Below, piece by piece: positions 35,629 to 37,396 of a stretch of DNA of 37,396 nt (within the stretch, counting starts at the first letter, position 1; each line of letters starts with the position of its first letter). Under the pieces are notes generated by a model, which made no database searches, had not been told where the DNA came from, and saw only the letters and a program-made list of their open reading frames with translations. The stretch covers positions 1 to 37,396 of the forward strand of contig NW_021835149.1 in NCBI RefSeq assembly GCF_006345805.1, written 5' to 3'. Position numbers and translations under genes: made by a program. This DNA is from Octopus sinensis. Taxonomy: Eukaryota.

Positions 35629-36251
35629 CTGTGAAAGAAAAAAATGAGAGTACTTAGGAAGGGGCAAAACACTATTGCCCGCTGCTGATTAACTGACAGG
35701 TTGACAACAACAACGACAACAACAACAACAATAACAAGAACCACATGGACAATAACAGTAAAAACAGATAATTAAAGTTATAACAGTTAATTAAATTTAT
35801 TTCGCACGACAGTAACAGCTACGTGAATTTCGTGTTTTTTATGAAATTGGCCGCTTACGAATGGGGGAGTAGGGGACCTTAGCGAATAAAGACATTTAAG
35901 GAGACAGATATGCGAAGAATCCTACGAGCAACGGTACCGACCATTATTAGGGACCTTCTTAAAGCCAAAAACTACGAAGGGTTTTTTAACACTGTCATGT
36001 GTACGTGCATGCTCGCGCACCTCTGTGTCGGTGTATTCGCAAGTATGTTCGTATGTATGTATGTGTGTGTGTATGTATTTGTAACATACCTTATTATTAT
36101 TGTTTTTATTTTTCATGAACGATAATATTATATTCTATTATTTTCTACAATATTTTATCTCAGATAAAAATAGAGAAATCATAGACCCCAAGCAGAACAA
36201 AGTTTGAATAAAAGCCTTCTTTTGACTCAGTGAAGTTAGTAGTATGTAGAG

Positions 36252-36429
36252 TAGGATCTCTCGGCCCCTTTTTTTACATGGGAACCCCTTTGATTCTTAT
36301 TAAGAATGGTATTAAAAAAAGTTGTTAAAATATTTTCTGTATTTTAGAAGTATAACTAATCCATTGTATGAATCTCCAGCTAGCATATGGACCCCTAGGG
36401 CTCATATCGACCCCAGTTGATAAGCAATG
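36252..36429. mobile_element. hAT/Charlie-like MITE with 8-bp TSD
   Basis: Bounded by exact ATGTAGAG (36244-36251, 36430-36437). Right end CAGTTGATAAGCAATG, better preserved as GGTTGAGAACCAATG in the duplicate at 36556-36570. Confidence 0.7.
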
Positions 36430-36578
36430 ATGTAGAGCAAGGGTCGCCAAACTTTTTCGCACGGCGGGCTAGAGAAGTGAGAGAATGGCGAGCGCGGGAT
36501 GAATAACCATTTTGTTCAAGATGGCATATCGACCCTTAGGGTTCATATGGCTCCCGGTTGAGAACCAATGATGTAGAG

Positions 36579-37396
36579 CAAGGGATCACGAAACTATGTT
36601 TCAAGGCGAGCCAGATAACTGAGAGAACAATGAGTGCAGGCCGAATAACCGTTTTGTTCAATACAATATAATGAATACACAAAAAATAAAGACAACCGAC
36701 ATATTTATATCTCCAAAAGTTATCAAAGAAGGCGACATTAGCAATAAGATAGTTTTATCACACCCGGTGCACACATATCCGAATCTCAAACTAAGCAGCA
36801 AAAAAGGTTGGTGAGATTTGTGAAACTGGTGTTTAGCTTTTTAAAATATCATCAATATTTGCTTTGGAATTGCTGCTGTTGCTGTTGAGCGAACGGTCTT
36901 CTTCCCAGAGCTCGCAAGATGGGAGAAGTCCAAAACGTGGTCCTTTGCTATTCGTAAGACCCGCAGAAGAGAAAGCAGGTCAACCCCCGACACCGAGAGC
37001 ATCGATGGATGGATGAATGCGCATCCAGGCTCAGTGGTTGCGTAGGAAGTCGGGGACAAGAAACAGGAAGAAAGAGTGAGAGAAAGTTGGAGCGAAAGAG
37101 TACAACAGGGGTCGCCACCACCCCCTGACGGAGCCTCGTGGAGCTATAGGTGTTTTCGCTCAATAAACACACACAACGCTCGGTCTGGGAATCGAAACCG
37201 CGATCCTCCGACCGCGAGTCCGCTGCCCTAACCATTGGGTCATTGCGCCTCCACAGGAATTGCTGCATCCAACCAAGAGAATTGCTTTCAAATGTTCATC
37301 AATCAATCTTGTTCGATGTTCTGGCTTCGCATTCTTCGTTTTTGAAAATGTTGGCTCACAGACATAAGTTGTTCGAAACACTGATGCCATAACAGA
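36579..37396 (-). mobile_element. hAT/Charlie (GTF2IRD2/SPIN-like) transposon 3' end, interrupted by a SINE; runs off window
   Basis: MASVFRTTYVCEPTFSKTKNAKPEHRTRLIDEHLKAILLVGCSNS|KANIDDILKAKHQFHKSH is the hAT C-terminal dimerisation domain, rejoined across the SINE. TIR-like CAAGGGATCACGAAACT at 36579 and CAAGGGTCGCCAAACT at 36438. Confidence 0.82.
36877..37255 (-). mobile_element. Full-length family-C SINE, tail variant 1, with 11-bp TSD
   Basis: Exact GGAATTGCTGC at 36866-36876 and 37256-37266; closely similar to 21545-21942. Confidence 0.93.

Overview
AT-rich, repeat-saturated animal genomic DNA. The SINE families, compound (TA/CA/TATC/AAT) microsatellites and overall texture look like a coleoid cephalopod, most likely Octopus; this is inferred from recalled repeat families, not from a search. 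No intact host gene is present. The only good host-gene signal is a candidate terminal exon on the minus strand at 35491-35628, behind a strong splice acceptor. Most long ORFs in the track are microsatellite artefacts. The window holds decayed LINEs (R4/Dong with REL endonuclease, Tx1/L1-like, RTE-BovB-like), at least three tRNA-derived SINE families in many copies, hAT/Charlie MITEs and a transposase remnant, a palindromic mariner derivative and a maT-like (DD37D-type) deletion derivative. The most interesting unannotated signal is a set of minimal type-I hammerhead-ribozyme motifs with palindromic stem III. They sit in short, often inverted-repeat or TSD-bounded non-coding insertions typical of Penelope-like/retrozyme elements: one canonical core at 4749-4791 (-), a U3-A8 covariant core at about 29787-29832 (+), and degenerate copies at about 12500, 22600 and in both arms of a 335-bp palindrome at 25952-26286. 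Also visible: a SINE tail matching the 3' end of a Tx1-like LINE in the same window, one SINE head carrying four different tails, and hAT elements stacked on shared 8-bp target sites.
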